Origin: an uncultured Verrucomicrobiae bacterium | GTDB lineage: Bacteria; Verrucomicrobiota; Verrucomicrobiia; Limisphaerales; UBA11358 | Reading direction: 5' to 3' | DNA length: 64,000 nt | Assembly (NCBI GenBank): GCA_963786375.1 | Contig: CAWAYP010000010.1 | Location: 256,660 to 320,659, forward strand | In this document: positions 27,369 through 36,414 of the stretch, one piece after another | Position numbering within the stretch: the first letter of the stretch is position 1 | How the letters are laid out: each line of letters begins with the position of its first letter | Notes under the pieces: generated by a model | The model's database searches: none | What the model was told of the DNA's origin: nothing | What the model saw: only the letters and a program-made list of their open reading frames with translations | Translations under genes and position numbers: made by a program

Positions 27369-27518
27369 TCAAACACTGGTGGCCGGCATTGGAAATATCT
27401 ACGCCAGTGAAGCGTTGTTTCGCGCGCGGCTGTTCGCCAAAGCGGGCGGCGAACAAGTTGACGTCCGGCCAAATCAAACGGCTTTGGCGCGCGATTCGCA
27501 AGGTTCTGGCCGAGGCCA
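27369..27518 (+). pseudogene. stray internal fragment of mutM (H2TH region)
   Basis: About 150 bp co-linear with mutM 7335-7484, with scattered substitutions and one frame break. It translates to QTLVAGIGNIYASEALF...SPKRAANKLTSGQIKRLWRAIRKVLAEA. Confidence 0.7.
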
Positions 27519-27541
27519 ATGAGCGGGCCTGTGTGCGTGCT

Positions 27542-28429
27542 TCAGCGCAAAATTCTAAATGCCGCCGGGGCCATTCCGAGGACGTTGCGAAACACGCGGG
27601 AGAAGTGAAACGGATCAGCAAACCCCGTTTCCTCGGCCGCCTGCTTCACCAGGACGCCGGATTGTTGCAAACGCTCAGCGGCATGGTTCATTTTCAGGCG
27701 CAGCAAATATTGGTAGGGACTTTGGCGGTCATACCGCCGGAACAGGCGGCAGAGATAGGCCTTGCTGGCGTGACACTCGCCGGCGATTTGTTCCAGCGTT
27801 CGCAGACGGAGGAAGTGTTGCTCGATGTGCCGGCGGCATTGCTGGTAGGTGGTGAAGGCAAGGGTTTCCGTTTCTTCCAGCGGAGCGTTGGCCCCGGCCA
27901 TCTTCAACGCGAGACATTCCAGCAGCTTCGCGCACAACTCCATGCTCCGGCGTCCGATGTGCAAGCCGCTTTGAATCAGTTCGTCAAACAAAGGAGCCAA
28001 TATGTGGGGCGGAAAGACCTGCGTCACGCGTCCGGGCGGAAGCCCGCAGGAGCGCAGCAGGTCAAATGCGTTCCCGCCCGCAAAATCCACGAAGTATTTG
28101 ACAAGCGGGTCCGCGCGGTCGCCGGTGATGTCGTGCGGCACGCCCGGGCCATAGGAAAAAACCCGTCCGGCCCGCAGGGAATGCGCGCGTCCCTTGAGTT
28201 TCAATTCCCCGCTGCCGCGCGCGACATACTCGATGGAATAAAAGGGGAACGTGACGCGGTGAATGGCGTAATTGGCCGTGCAATGTTCGAGGCCGCCGCA
28301 GACGACGGCGAGTTTCTGATGTTTCGGCGGCTTGAGATCGAGGTAAAACCGCCGCACCGCGGCCACGTCGGATGAGAAAAAGGCCGGCGCGCCGGTCCTG
28401 CGGGAATCCGCCTGGTTGCGGGTCTTCAT
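27542..28429 (-). CDS. AraC-family transcriptional regulator (cupin sensor + HTH)
   Basis: The C-terminal double HTH is LEQIAGECHASKAYLCRLFRR...PYQYLLRLKMNHAAERL......VKQAAEETGFADPFHFSRVFRNVLGMAPAAFR. It is divergent from the sugar-nucleotide cluster. Confidence 0.85.
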   Translation of the reverse strand: MKTRNQADSRRTGAPAFFSSDVAAVRRFYLDLKPPKHQKLAVVCGGLEHCTANYAIHRVTFPFYSIEYVARGSGELKLKGRAHSLRAGRVFSYGPGVPHDITGDRADPLVKYFVDFAGGNAFDLLRSCGLPPGRVTQVFPPHILAPLFDELIQSGLHIGRRSMELCAKLLECLALKMAGANAPLEETETLAFTTYQQCRRHIEQHFLRLRTLEQIAGECHASKAYLCRLFRRYDRQSPYQYLLRLKMNHAAERLQQSGVLVKQAAEETGFADPFHFSRVFRNVLGMAPAAFRILR

Positions 28430-28573
28430 GCCATAAAGTCAATAATATCCAGCTATCGGTCAACTATAGCCATTCGGGACGGGGTGTTCCAATGCAATTC
28501 TAATGCGGCGATGATTTGAGAGATGTTTTGGGCTGGCTCAGGTCAATGCAACAAAGCAAATACAAATACATTT

Positions 28574-29623
28574 ATGCCGGAAAGAAAACGCGTTGTGGAA
28601 AGGGACGCCCCGCTGAAGCAGGACGATTTGATTGTCATCACCGGCGCGGGCGGATTCATCGCGGGCAACCTCGCGCTGCATTTCATAAAAAAAGGTTTCA
28701 CCAACATTCGCGCGGTGGACCAGAAGCCGCTCTACGAGTGGTATCTGCAGGTGCCCGGGGTTCAAAACCTCTGCCTGGATGTGAGCCGGGAGGACCACTG
28801 CGAGCGCGTTTGTGAAGGCGCGGTGGAGGTTTACAACCTGGCGGCGGACATGGGCGGCATGGGCTTCATCGAACGTTTCCGCGTTGAATGCCTGCGCTCA
28901 ATTCTCATCAACACCCACATGGTTGAGGCCGCCTGCCGGGCCGGGGCGCGCCGCTATTTTTTCTCCAGTTCCGCCTGCGCCTACAACACGCTGCTCCAGC
29001 AGGACCCGAACGTCCGGGCCTTGAAGGAATCCGACGCCTATCCGGCCATGGCTGAGCGCGGTTACGGCTGGGAGAAATTCATGTCCGAGATGTTCTGCCA
29101 GGAATACTGGCACGAGCGCGGCATGAAAACTTTCATTGCCCGCTTTCACAACGTCTATGGCCCGCACGGCACGTGGGACGGCGGCCGGGAAAAGGCGCCC
29201 GCGGCGCTTTGCCGCAAGGTCATCGAGGCGAAGGACACGGGCCAAAAGGAGATCACCATCTGGGGCGACGGACATCAGACGCGCAGTTTCATGTACATTG
29301 ACGATTGCGTGAAGGGCATTGACAAAATTGCGCATTGCGATGATTTGATCGCGACGCCCATCAACCTCGGCTCCAGCGAACTGGTTTCCATCAACGAATT
29401 GCTGACCCGGATTGAAAAAATCGCGGGCGTAAAGATGAACCGCCAATACGACCTCGACGCGCCGCAGGGCGTGGCCGGCCGCAACTCGGACAACACGTTC
29501 ATCCAGAAAGTGCTTGGCTGGGAACCGAAAACGCCGTTAAACCAAGGCTTGGCGGTCACCTACCAGTGGATCGCCGGACAATATAAAAAGCGCAAGGCCG
29601 GCAAACGCGTCGGCATCGGTTGA
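28574..29623 (+). CDS. GDP-mannose 3,5-epimerase-like NAD-dependent epimerase
   Basis: ITGAGGFIAGNL, NLAADMGGMGFI, FFSSSACAY, KESDAYPA, RFHNVYGPHGTWDGGREKAPAALCRK, WGDGHQTRSF and GVAGRNSDNTFI.KVLGW track plant GME almost block for block. The GME equivalents are ITGAGGFIASHI, NLAADMGGMGFI, RFHNIYGPFGTWKGGREKAPAAFCRK and RGRNSDNNLIKEKLGW, recalled from memory. Confidence 0.8.
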   Translation: MPERKRVVERDAPLKQDDLIVITGAGGFIAGNLALHFIKKGFTNIRAVDQKPLYEWYLQVPGVQNLCLDVSREDHCERVCEGAVEVYNLAADMGGMGFIERFRVECLRSILINTHMVEAACRAGARRYFFSSSACAYNTLLQQDPNVRALKESDAYPAMAERGYGWEKFMSEMFCQEYWHERGMKTFIARFHNVYGPHGTWDGGREKAPAALCRKVIEAKDTGQKEITIWGDGHQTRSFMYIDDCVKGIDKIAHCDDLIATPINLGSSELVSINELLTRIEKIAGVKMNRQYDLDAPQGVAGRNSDNTFIQKVLGWEPKTPLNQGLAVTYQWIAGQYKKRKAGKRVGIG

Positions 29624-30420
29624 TGAAAGAAAGCGTCTTGCCCGTAGCCAAGTTGTTTGGCGCCATTCCCAACCGCCTACAACTGGCGGGCGGTTGGATT
29701 GATCAGCCGTTTGTCTCACGGCACAACCCGAAGCCGCCCGGCTCGATGGTCGTGGTGCAAATTGAACCCAACTTCCTTCCGATGGACCGGTCCGGCCTCG
29801 CCAGCGGCACACGCGCCATTGCCATGAAAATCTGGCGGGGCCGGCTGCCAAAACGTCCGCTCCACGAATTGGCGCGCGAGCTTTACGAGGCGGAAAATCA
29901 GGGCAAAGCCGAACCGAGCGGTTCGCAGGACATGATTGGCTTGATTTACCCCGGCATCAACCGGCTTGACTACGACTTCAATTTTAATGGCGGCATTTTT
30001 CCCGTCCATATTGAGTCATGCCATTCTTCCCGCGTCGCGCGCTGGCTGGACAACGTTTTGCATTTGATTCCCGTCGAACCGCGGCCCGATGGTTACAGTC
30101 CGCTCGGCATCAAAAATTTGGAACCGAAGTGGGTCGCCAAGCTCGGCCAGTCGGGCAGGGATTGCTATGAGGCCATCGTGCGCAGGGATGCAAAGGCACT
30201 CGGCGCGTCGTTCAATTTGAACATGAAATGCTGGGAGACACTTTTGCCACACGTTGTCCGGCATCCGCTGCTGCGCGTCGATTTGATGCCGCTGCTCAAG
30301 GCGTACCAGCAACAGTATCCGGGCGCGATGTATTCAGGCTGTGGCGGCGGGTATCTGATGGTTGCTTCCGATGAACCGGTTCCCGGAGCATTCAAGGTGA
30401 ACGTTCGCACCGCAAACTGA
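29623..30420 (+). CDS. short GHMP-family sugar kinase (fucokinase / HddA-like)
   Basis: NRLQLAGGWIDQP (compare RI.FAGGGTD.P), SGLASGT (degenerate motif II), GSQDMIGLIY (compare G.QDQ) and YSGCGGGYLMV (motif III). The start ATG shares a base with the upstream TGA. Confidence 0.55.
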   Translation: MKESVLPVAKLFGAIPNRLQLAGGWIDQPFVSRHNPKPPGSMVVVQIEPNFLPMDRSGLASGTRAIAMKIWRGRLPKRPLHELARELYEAENQGKAEPSGSQDMIGLIYPGINRLDYDFNFNGGIFPVHIESCHSSRVARWLDNVLHLIPVEPRPDGYSPLGIKNLEPKWVAKLGQSGRDCYEAIVRRDAKALGASFNLNMKCWETLLPHVVRHPLLRVDLMPLLKAYQQQYPGAMYSGCGGGYLMVASDEPVPGAFKVNVRTAN

Positions 30421-31238
30421 TGACCCTGCGAAAACACGTCCTCATTGCCGGCGGGTTTGACGACGTTCGCGCGCGCGACCTGCGCTTGCTCGAAGAAGCC
30501 GCGAAGCTGGGCGAACTGATTGTGTTGCTCTGGCCGGATGAGACATTGCAGAAACTCACCGGCCAGGCGCCGAAATTTCCACTGGCCGAACGCCGGTATT
30601 TCCTGAATGCCGTCCGTTACGTCAGCCGCGTGATTGAAGCCGATGGCATGGCCAGTTTCGACACCTTGCCGGGAAATGTGAAGCCCGGCGTCTGGGCGGA
30701 CGTTGAGGCCACGGCGAATCCGGCCCGCGAAAGATTTGCCGCCGAAAACAAAATCACCTATCGCGTATTCAAGGCGGACGAGTTGAAAGGTTTCCCGGAA
30801 CCTCCTCCGCCGCCGTCCGCGCCCGGCCGGAAAAAAGTTGTGGTCACCGGCTGCTTCGACTGGTTTCACTCCGGCCACGTCCGTTTTTTCGAGGAGGTTT
30901 CCGGGCGCGGCGATTTATATGTCATCGTCGGCCACGACGCGAACATCCGGCTGCTCAAGGGCGAAGGCCATCCGTTGCTGCCGCAGGCGGAGCGGCGCTA
31001 CGCGGTCGGCTCGATCAAATACGTAAAGCAGGCGCTGATTTCCAGCGGTGACGGCTGGCTGGATGCCGACCCGGAAATCCGGGAGTTGAAGCCCGACATT
31101 TACGCCGTGAATGAGGACGGCGACCAGGGCGGCAAGCGCGAGTATTGCCGAAAGCTCGGCATTGAGTACCTTGTCCTTAAACGCACCCCCGCGCCCGGTT
31201 TGCCCCGGCGCACCAGCACCGACCTGCGCGGGTTTTGA
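30420..31238 (+). CDS. tandem cytidylyltransferase-fold (HxGH) nucleotidyltransferase; first domain degenerate
   Basis: The second half VVVTGCFDWFHSGHVRFFEEVSGRGDLYVIVGHDANIRLLKGEGHPLLPQAERR is RfaE-domain-II / glycerol-3-P cytidylyltransferase-like. The first half (VLIAGGFDDVRARDLRLLEEAAKLGELIVLLWPDE) keeps the fold pattern but lacks HxGH. Confidence 0.6.
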   Translation: MTLRKHVLIAGGFDDVRARDLRLLEEAAKLGELIVLLWPDETLQKLTGQAPKFPLAERRYFLNAVRYVSRVIEADGMASFDTLPGNVKPGVWADVEATANPARERFAAENKITYRVFKADELKGFPEPPPPPSAPGRKKVVVTGCFDWFHSGHVRFFEEVSGRGDLYVIVGHDANIRLLKGEGHPLLPQAERRYAVGSIKYVKQALISSGDGWLDADPEIRELKPDIYAVNEDGDQGGKREYCRKLGIEYLVLKRTPAPGLPRRTSTDLRGF

Positions 31239-31246
31239 ACCTAGTT

Positions 31247-31636
31247 ATGATTAAAACTGGAATCCTCAATCCGGCGATCAACTCGCTGTTAAGCCGGGTT
31301 CGTCACACCAACACCCTGGTCATTGCGGACCGTGGTTTTCCGTATTGGCCGATGATCGAAACCGTGGACATTGCGCTGGTGGATGATGTGCCGACGGTGC
31401 TGCAGGCGTTGGCGGCGATCCGTCCGAACTTCCAGGCCGGCAAGGCGTGGATGGCCCAGGAATTCTTGACACACAACCACGGCAGGATTCACGCCGCCTT
31501 TGCCCGGGCGCTGCGCGGAATTGAGTTGACCCATGTACCGCACATCGAGTTCAAAAAACGTGTGCCCCGGGCCATTGGCCTGGTCCGCACCGGCGACACG
31601 ACGCAATACGCGAACATTATTCTTGAGAGCGCTTAG
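31247..31636 (+). CDS. RbsD/FucU-family sugar mutarotase
   Basis: GILNPAINSLLSRVRHTNTLVIADRGFPY matches the RbsD/FucU N-terminal motif (L.S.ISS.ISRLGHTDTLVV.DAGLPIP). Confidence 0.7.
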   Translation: MIKTGILNPAINSLLSRVRHTNTLVIADRGFPYWPMIETVDIALVDDVPTVLQALAAIRPNFQAGKAWMAQEFLTHNHGRIHAAFARALRGIELTHVPHIEFKKRVPRAIGLVRTGDTTQYANIILESA

Positions 31637-31672
31637 AACATTTCGGGGCGGCCAATCCAACCAATAAAAAAC

Positions 31673-33241
31673 ATGATCACACCTGTTCAAAACTCGAACT
31701 CAAAGTCCACGGGCGGCGGCTTGTTTCGCCTGCCAGACGGCCGGAATTTATTTTTCACCTTTGCACTGGTTACCTCGTTGTTTTTGTTGTGGGGCTTCTG
31801 CAACGGCATGATTGACATCCTGAACAAGCATTTCCAGGACGCGCTGCACATCAACAAGGAACAGTCCGGCCTCGTGCAATCAGCCAATTATCTGGGGTAT
31901 TTCCTTATGGCGATTCCCGCCGGCTTGATCGCGCGAAAACTGGGATACAAAGGCGGCATCCTGGTCGGCCTCGTGCTGATTGCCAGCGGTGCCTTGTGGA
32001 TGATTCACGCGGTGGGCATCGGCACCTATTCGGCGTTTTTGCTGGGATTGTTCGTCGTTGCGGCGGGCATGACGTGTCTGGAAACCATCGCCAATCCTTA
32101 CACGACCGTGCTCGGCGCGCCGGAACACGGCGCGACGCGCATCAACATCGCGCAGACATTCAACGGCGTGGGCTGGATCCTCGGCCCGATCGTGGGCGGA
32201 TACTTCGTTTTCGGAGGCGGAGGTGGATCGGGTGCTGCCACGGGCGCTGCCGCTTCAGCTACCAATGCCGTGGCAGCGACCACTGGAACGGTGGTCACAG
32301 CCACCAAGGCAGTGGTGGCCAATACCACCAATGCCAATGCCGGCCTGTCCGCACCCTATCTGGGCATCGGCATTTTAGCAGCCGTGCTGATTGTCATCTT
32401 TATCGTGTCCAAGGTGCCGGATTTGCACGCCGAGGATGAAAGCAAACAATCCACCGATAAAAAAACCAGCCCAAAACCTTCCGGCGGCCAGTTGGCGGGC
32501 ATCGGCGTCGCCCTGGCGGTTGTGTGGGGCTTGCTGTATTTCTTCATCGCGCCGATTTTGGGACTGGTTTGGGCGCTGCTTGACCTGCCGGAGAATTTGC
32601 TCGACCCGACCAAATACGGTCTGATCGCCGCCGCCTACATCGGATCGTTCATTGTCGTCGCAAAAAACTGGGACATGTTCCGGCGAAAACATTTTACGCT
32701 CGGCGTCGTCGCGCAATTTCTTTACGTCGCCGCCCAGACGGGCATTTTCAGTTTTTGCGTCAATTATATCATTGAGAACGACCCCGATGTGACGCCCGCA
32801 AAGGCCGCCACGATGCTGGGCGCCATTGGTTTTGTGCTGTTCACGGTCGGACGCTTTTGCGGCAGCATCGTAATCAGCCAGTTCAAGCCGCACCTGGTGC
32901 TGGCGACCTACGCGGCCATCAACGTGGTGCTGGCGGCGGTCTGCATGGGGGGCGGCAAACTGGGACTCTATGCCATGTTCGGCACGTTTTTCTTCATGTC
33001 GGTGATGTATCCGACGATTTTTGCGCTGGGCATCCGCGGCTTGGGCGACTACACCAAGCTCGGCTCATCACTCATCGTTATGTCCATCGTGGGCGGGGCG
33101 ATTGCGGCGCCGTTCATGGGTCATATCGCGGATATTCATTCGATGCACACCGGCTTCGTCGTGCCGTTGGTGTGCTTTGTGTTTATTGCCTTCTACGGCG
33201 TGGTCTGGCAGGTTTTGGAAAACAAGGACCGCAAGGTGTAA
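31673..33241 (+). CDS. MFS sugar:H+ symporter of the L-fucose permease (FucP) family with a Gly/Ala/Thr-rich loop insertion
   Basis: FALVTSLFLLWGFCNGMIDILNKHFQDALHINKEQSGLVQSANYLGYFLMAIPAGLIARKLGYKGGILVGL parallels E. coli FucP helices 1-3 (from memory). There are 12 hydrophobic segments. The low-complexity loop is GGGGGSGAATGAAASATNAVAATTGTVVTATKAVVANTTNANAG. Confidence 0.8.
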   Translation: MITPVQNSNSKSTGGGLFRLPDGRNLFFTFALVTSLFLLWGFCNGMIDILNKHFQDALHINKEQSGLVQSANYLGYFLMAIPAGLIARKLGYKGGILVGLVLIASGALWMIHAVGIGTYSAFLLGLFVVAAGMTCLETIANPYTTVLGAPEHGATRINIAQTFNGVGWILGPIVGGYFVFGGGGGSGAATGAAASATNAVAATTGTVVTATKAVVANTTNANAGLSAPYLGIGILAAVLIVIFIVSKVPDLHAEDESKQSTDKKTSPKPSGGQLAGIGVALAVVWGLLYFFIAPILGLVWALLDLPENLLDPTKYGLIAAAYIGSFIVVAKNWDMFRRKHFTLGVVAQFLYVAAQTGIFSFCVNYIIENDPDVTPAKAATMLGAIGFVLFTVGRFCGSIVISQFKPHLVLATYAAINVVLAAVCMGGGKLGLYAMFGTFFFMSVMYPTIFALGIRGLGDYTKLGSSLIVMSIVGGAIAAPFMGHIADIHSMHTGFVVPLVCFVFIAFYGVVWQVLENKDRKV

Positions 33242-33461
33242 CTTGGTTCATCCTTTTTTTAACGATTTATAACGCATTCCCCATGCCTGCCACAGGCGAT
33301 AAACCGGACAATGTATGCGTCTGTTAGGGCGATTCATTGAAACTCAAGAAATCGGTTTTTCATCCTGGCTGCCGGCATAATCGGACGGCAAAATCCTCCA
33401 AAACCCGGGAATTTTCCGCAATGAGCGGCACAAAACTGGCTGATTAATCGCCGAAGTGCGC

Positions 33462-34523
33462 ATGAAATTCAGCATTGTCACGTTATTGATTCTCCCGGTC
33501 AGCTTCTGGTCCGCGCCGGAAATCCGGGCGCAAACGAATACCAATGTGCTGGTTTCGCCTTTCCGTTTCAGCCAACCGCAACTGGTCAATGGCGGTGAAA
33601 TCATCACGCGTGAGGGGGTGGCATACGAAGGTGTGGTTGTGCAGAAAGTGGTCCCAGATGGTTTGGTGGTTAGATACTCGGTGACCGATGGTGGCCTCGG
33701 AATTGCAAAGCTTAATTTTAAGGATTTGTCCGACAACTTGCAGCAGCAGTTTGGATATAATCCAACGAATGCGGCAGCTTTTGAATCCGAAGAAATGCAG
33801 GCGGAGGGAGAATGGCGGGCAAAATTGATTGCCGATGATGAAAGAGCTCAATCAGAACTTCTGGCGGGTGAGATGGTCCAAGCGGAAAGCCAGGCCCGGG
33901 TGGTGGGCACGGGTTTTTTTGTCACGGACAATGGCTATCTGCTCACCTGTTTTCACGTCGTGAACAATGCGACCAGCATCTCGGTGGGCACAACGCAAGG
34001 GTTGTTTCCCGCTGAGTTGGTGCAATCGGACCCGGCAAAGGATGTGGCTTTGCTCAAAGTGGCGGGGTCGTTTGCCTCGCTGCCTTTGGTCTCCGGCAAC
34101 AACGTGGAACTGGGCGAACCGGTGTTCACCATTGGTTTTCCCAATCCCAAAGTACAGGGCTTGGAGCCCAAGCTGACCCGTGGCGATATCAGCAGCCTGG
34201 CGGGAGCGCAAGACGATCCGGACGAATACCAAATCAGCGTGCCAGTCCAGCCGGGAAATTCCGGGGGGGCCTTGATTGATGAAAACGGCAATGTCGTCGG
34301 CATCGTTGCCGCGCGGCTTTCCGACTTGGCGGCGGTGGCGACTTCCGGCATGACCGCCCAGGATGTGAATTACGCGATCAAAAGTTCCTGCGCCAGGAAA
34401 TTGCTGGATGCCGCGGTGGGAGGGCCGGCCAGGCTCAAACCACCCTATCCGCCCGACAACCGCAGGTTTGAGGACGTGGTTCAGGCAGCGCAGGACGCCG
34501 TGGTGCTGGTGCTGGTAAAATAA
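33462..34523 (+). CDS. secreted trypsin-like (S1C) serine protease
   Basis: Signal peptide. Catalytic triad contexts are LLTCFHVV (His), KDVALLKV (Asp) and QPGNSGGALIDENGNVVGIVAA (Ser). An alternative GTG start lies at 33456. Confidence 0.8.
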   Translation: MKFSIVTLLILPVSFWSAPEIRAQTNTNVLVSPFRFSQPQLVNGGEIITREGVAYEGVVVQKVVPDGLVVRYSVTDGGLGIAKLNFKDLSDNLQQQFGYNPTNAAAFESEEMQAEGEWRAKLIADDERAQSELLAGEMVQAESQARVVGTGFFVTDNGYLLTCFHVVNNATSISVGTTQGLFPAELVQSDPAKDVALLKVAGSFASLPLVSGNNVELGEPVFTIGFPNPKVQGLEPKLTRGDISSLAGAQDDPDEYQISVPVQPGNSGGALIDENGNVVGIVAARLSDLAAVATSGMTAQDVNYAIKSSCARKLLDAAVGGPARLKPPYPPDNRRFEDVVQAAQDAVVLVLVK

Positions 34524-34787
34524 AAATAAATCCAGCGAGAAGCTCGTCCCTCGATTCTCAAGTCCCCGATAAGCGAACAAAAATTTCCCCCGCGGATCTG
34601 GACTGCTCCACGGAGTACGTTGCCATTCTCGTCAGCGCGGGGAAACTGCGGGCGCTGGGCAAGCTCAGGCCCAATGCCGTGAAATACTTCAGCTCCATAA
34701 AATGGATCACCTTGCCGGCGTAAGAATGCCCGCCGCAACGGTTTGACCATCGTAGAATGGTTGGATGCGGTCGTTGTGGTGGTTGAT

Positions 34788-35096
34788 CTACCATCCAGTT
34801 TTCCACAATAGGAAAACAATGCCTAGCTCGGTAAAACTCAAAATAGCTGGTGTGAGCAACGCCACAATTCCCCAAAGAGTGACCTTTCCAAAACGGAGGA
34901 TGCCCAGCAATGCCAGCACCGCCATAAACGGAGCGATGCCCAGCAGAATTAAAACCCTAATGGGAAAGTGCGGGCCGGATATGCTCCAGCCCGCGCCAAT
35001 GAAAGCCAAAAGATAAATCGGCAAAGCGACAATGGGAGCAAGCCACACAACGAGCCACGCGGTGAGCGGGAAAACCGCCATAGGACTGCTTTTCAT
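34788..35096 (-). CDS. small membrane protein, hypothetical
   Basis: 102 aa with three or four hydrophobic helices. It lies downstream of, and is co-oriented with, 35139-36080. Confidence 0.45.
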   Translation of the reverse strand: MKSSPMAVFPLTAWLVVWLAPIVALPIYLLAFIGAGWSISGPHFPIRVLILLGIAPFMAVLALLGILRFGKVTLWGIVALLTPAILSFTELGIVFLLWKTGW

Positions 35097-35138
35097 TGTG
35101 AACGTTTTACCTGCTTGGCCACGCCGGGGGAATTATTT

Positions 35139-36080
35139 TCAGAATGCATACTGCGTGTATAACATGATTCGTTCCTCATACCGGTTTTCGATGTCTCCCT
35201 GGCTTGATTGGAAATTGTCCCGGCCGGTGCTGGCCGTGAGATAGACACTGCGCTTGCCATGAACATAGGCGAGTGTTGCGCCAACTTTCGGGAGGGACCA
35301 GCTATTCACCTTCCAGTCGGGATATTCCACCGCCAACGCGGTGATCAAAGCCTTTCCGTCAATATAGATGGGATTTCGCAGGATGAATGACGGATTATGG
35401 GCTGTCACGTCCAGTTCGGACTTGTCACTGAAAGTGATAAAACTTTTGGGGTTGGGGCTCATCACATCTCGCAATCCAACGTGGATGCCGTCTTTTCTGG
35501 CATAAGCCACTCCTGGATTTCCCGCAATCACCGGGGACAGCGGAGAGATAATTCTTTTGTCATAGGTATTATCCAGAAACGTTTCCCGAAAGAATCCGAT
35601 GACGCCGTTCTGATGATAGTTTGCCCCCAGGTAATCTCCGAGGGATTGAACGGCCGTCCTTCTAAAGACAGATACGCCGCGACGGGTGGCCAGTTCGTCG
35701 GGGCTGCTCAGGACTGCCGGATTGCGATTCATGTATAGCAGGGAATCCTCAGTGAGCACCCTGGCCGACATCAGGACTGATTCCGCTCTTTCGGTTCCGA
35801 CTTTTTCAAGAATAAAGGAAAGGCGCTTCTCATCTTTCTGCTCAGGTTCTGGTTTCAGCTCCAGGTTGGTCCCGTCCCAAGGGGGCCTGATCCATATCAA
35901 GACTGCATATAATGAATTGCTGTGATTATTTTGCTCCGGATTTGGGCGGACTGGAATATTGGGATCGGCTGTGAATTTAAACAGGGAGGCATATTGTTGT
36001 GCCTGGGATTGCATGGGGGAGACTCCCAAAAACGCGGTTAAGGTCAATATCCCCAGAGGTCTTAAATTTTGAGACACCAT
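35139..36080 (-). CDS. secreted / outer-membrane-like hypothetical protein
   Basis: Signal peptide (LTLTAFLGVSPMQSQAQQ). The C-terminus ...YTQYAF ends in an aromatic residue, as in many beta-barrel OMPs. Confidence 0.5.
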   Translation of the reverse strand: MVSQNLRPLGILTLTAFLGVSPMQSQAQQYASLFKFTADPNIPVRPNPEQNNHSNSLYAVLIWIRPPWDGTNLELKPEPEQKDEKRLSFILEKVGTERAESVLMSARVLTEDSLLYMNRNPAVLSSPDELATRRGVSVFRRTAVQSLGDYLGANYHQNGVIGFFRETFLDNTYDKRIISPLSPVIAGNPGVAYARKDGIHVGLRDVMSPNPKSFITFSDKSELDVTAHNPSFILRNPIYIDGKALITALAVEYPDWKVNSWSLPKVGATLAYVHGKRSVYLTASTGRDNFQSSQGDIENRYEERIMLYTQYAF

Positions 36081-36414
36081 AGCGCCTCCTTCACAGCAGT
36101 GTCGGTGCCAAGGTTTTCATGGGGGAAAAATACCGCCAACGGGTGGGTAGCGCTATTAGGTGTTCCACCCAGCCCAGGCAGTAATCCGATGATATTGGCC
36201 ACCGAAAAACAAGGGGATGATTCGTCGGCGAATGGTTCCAACCCGGCCAAAAGAAGCTACAACGAAACCTTTAACGATTTCTTCAATAACCGAGCAGAAA
36301 GGGTGCAGGTGGCGGGTTAAGTCCGGTAGTGGGGGTATTGTTTTGGAGGAATCTCCAACAAGAACTTTGTGAACAAAGCAGATTATTCCTGTAAGCTTGC
36401 AAGCCAGTCTTGAT

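Noticed and set aside
27350-28375. 341-aa plus-strand ORF.
   Set aside because: It is antisense to the AraC regulator. Only its first roughly 55 codons are meaningful, and they are the mutM fragment reported separately.
34560-34722. A short plus-strand frame …TEYVAILVSAGKLRALGKLRPNAVKYFSSIKWITLPA* that resembles small HTH-like proteins seen in PVC genomes.
   Set aside because: No start codon could be placed. It is overlapped by two equally unsupported minus-strand ORFs. Evidence is too thin to annotate.
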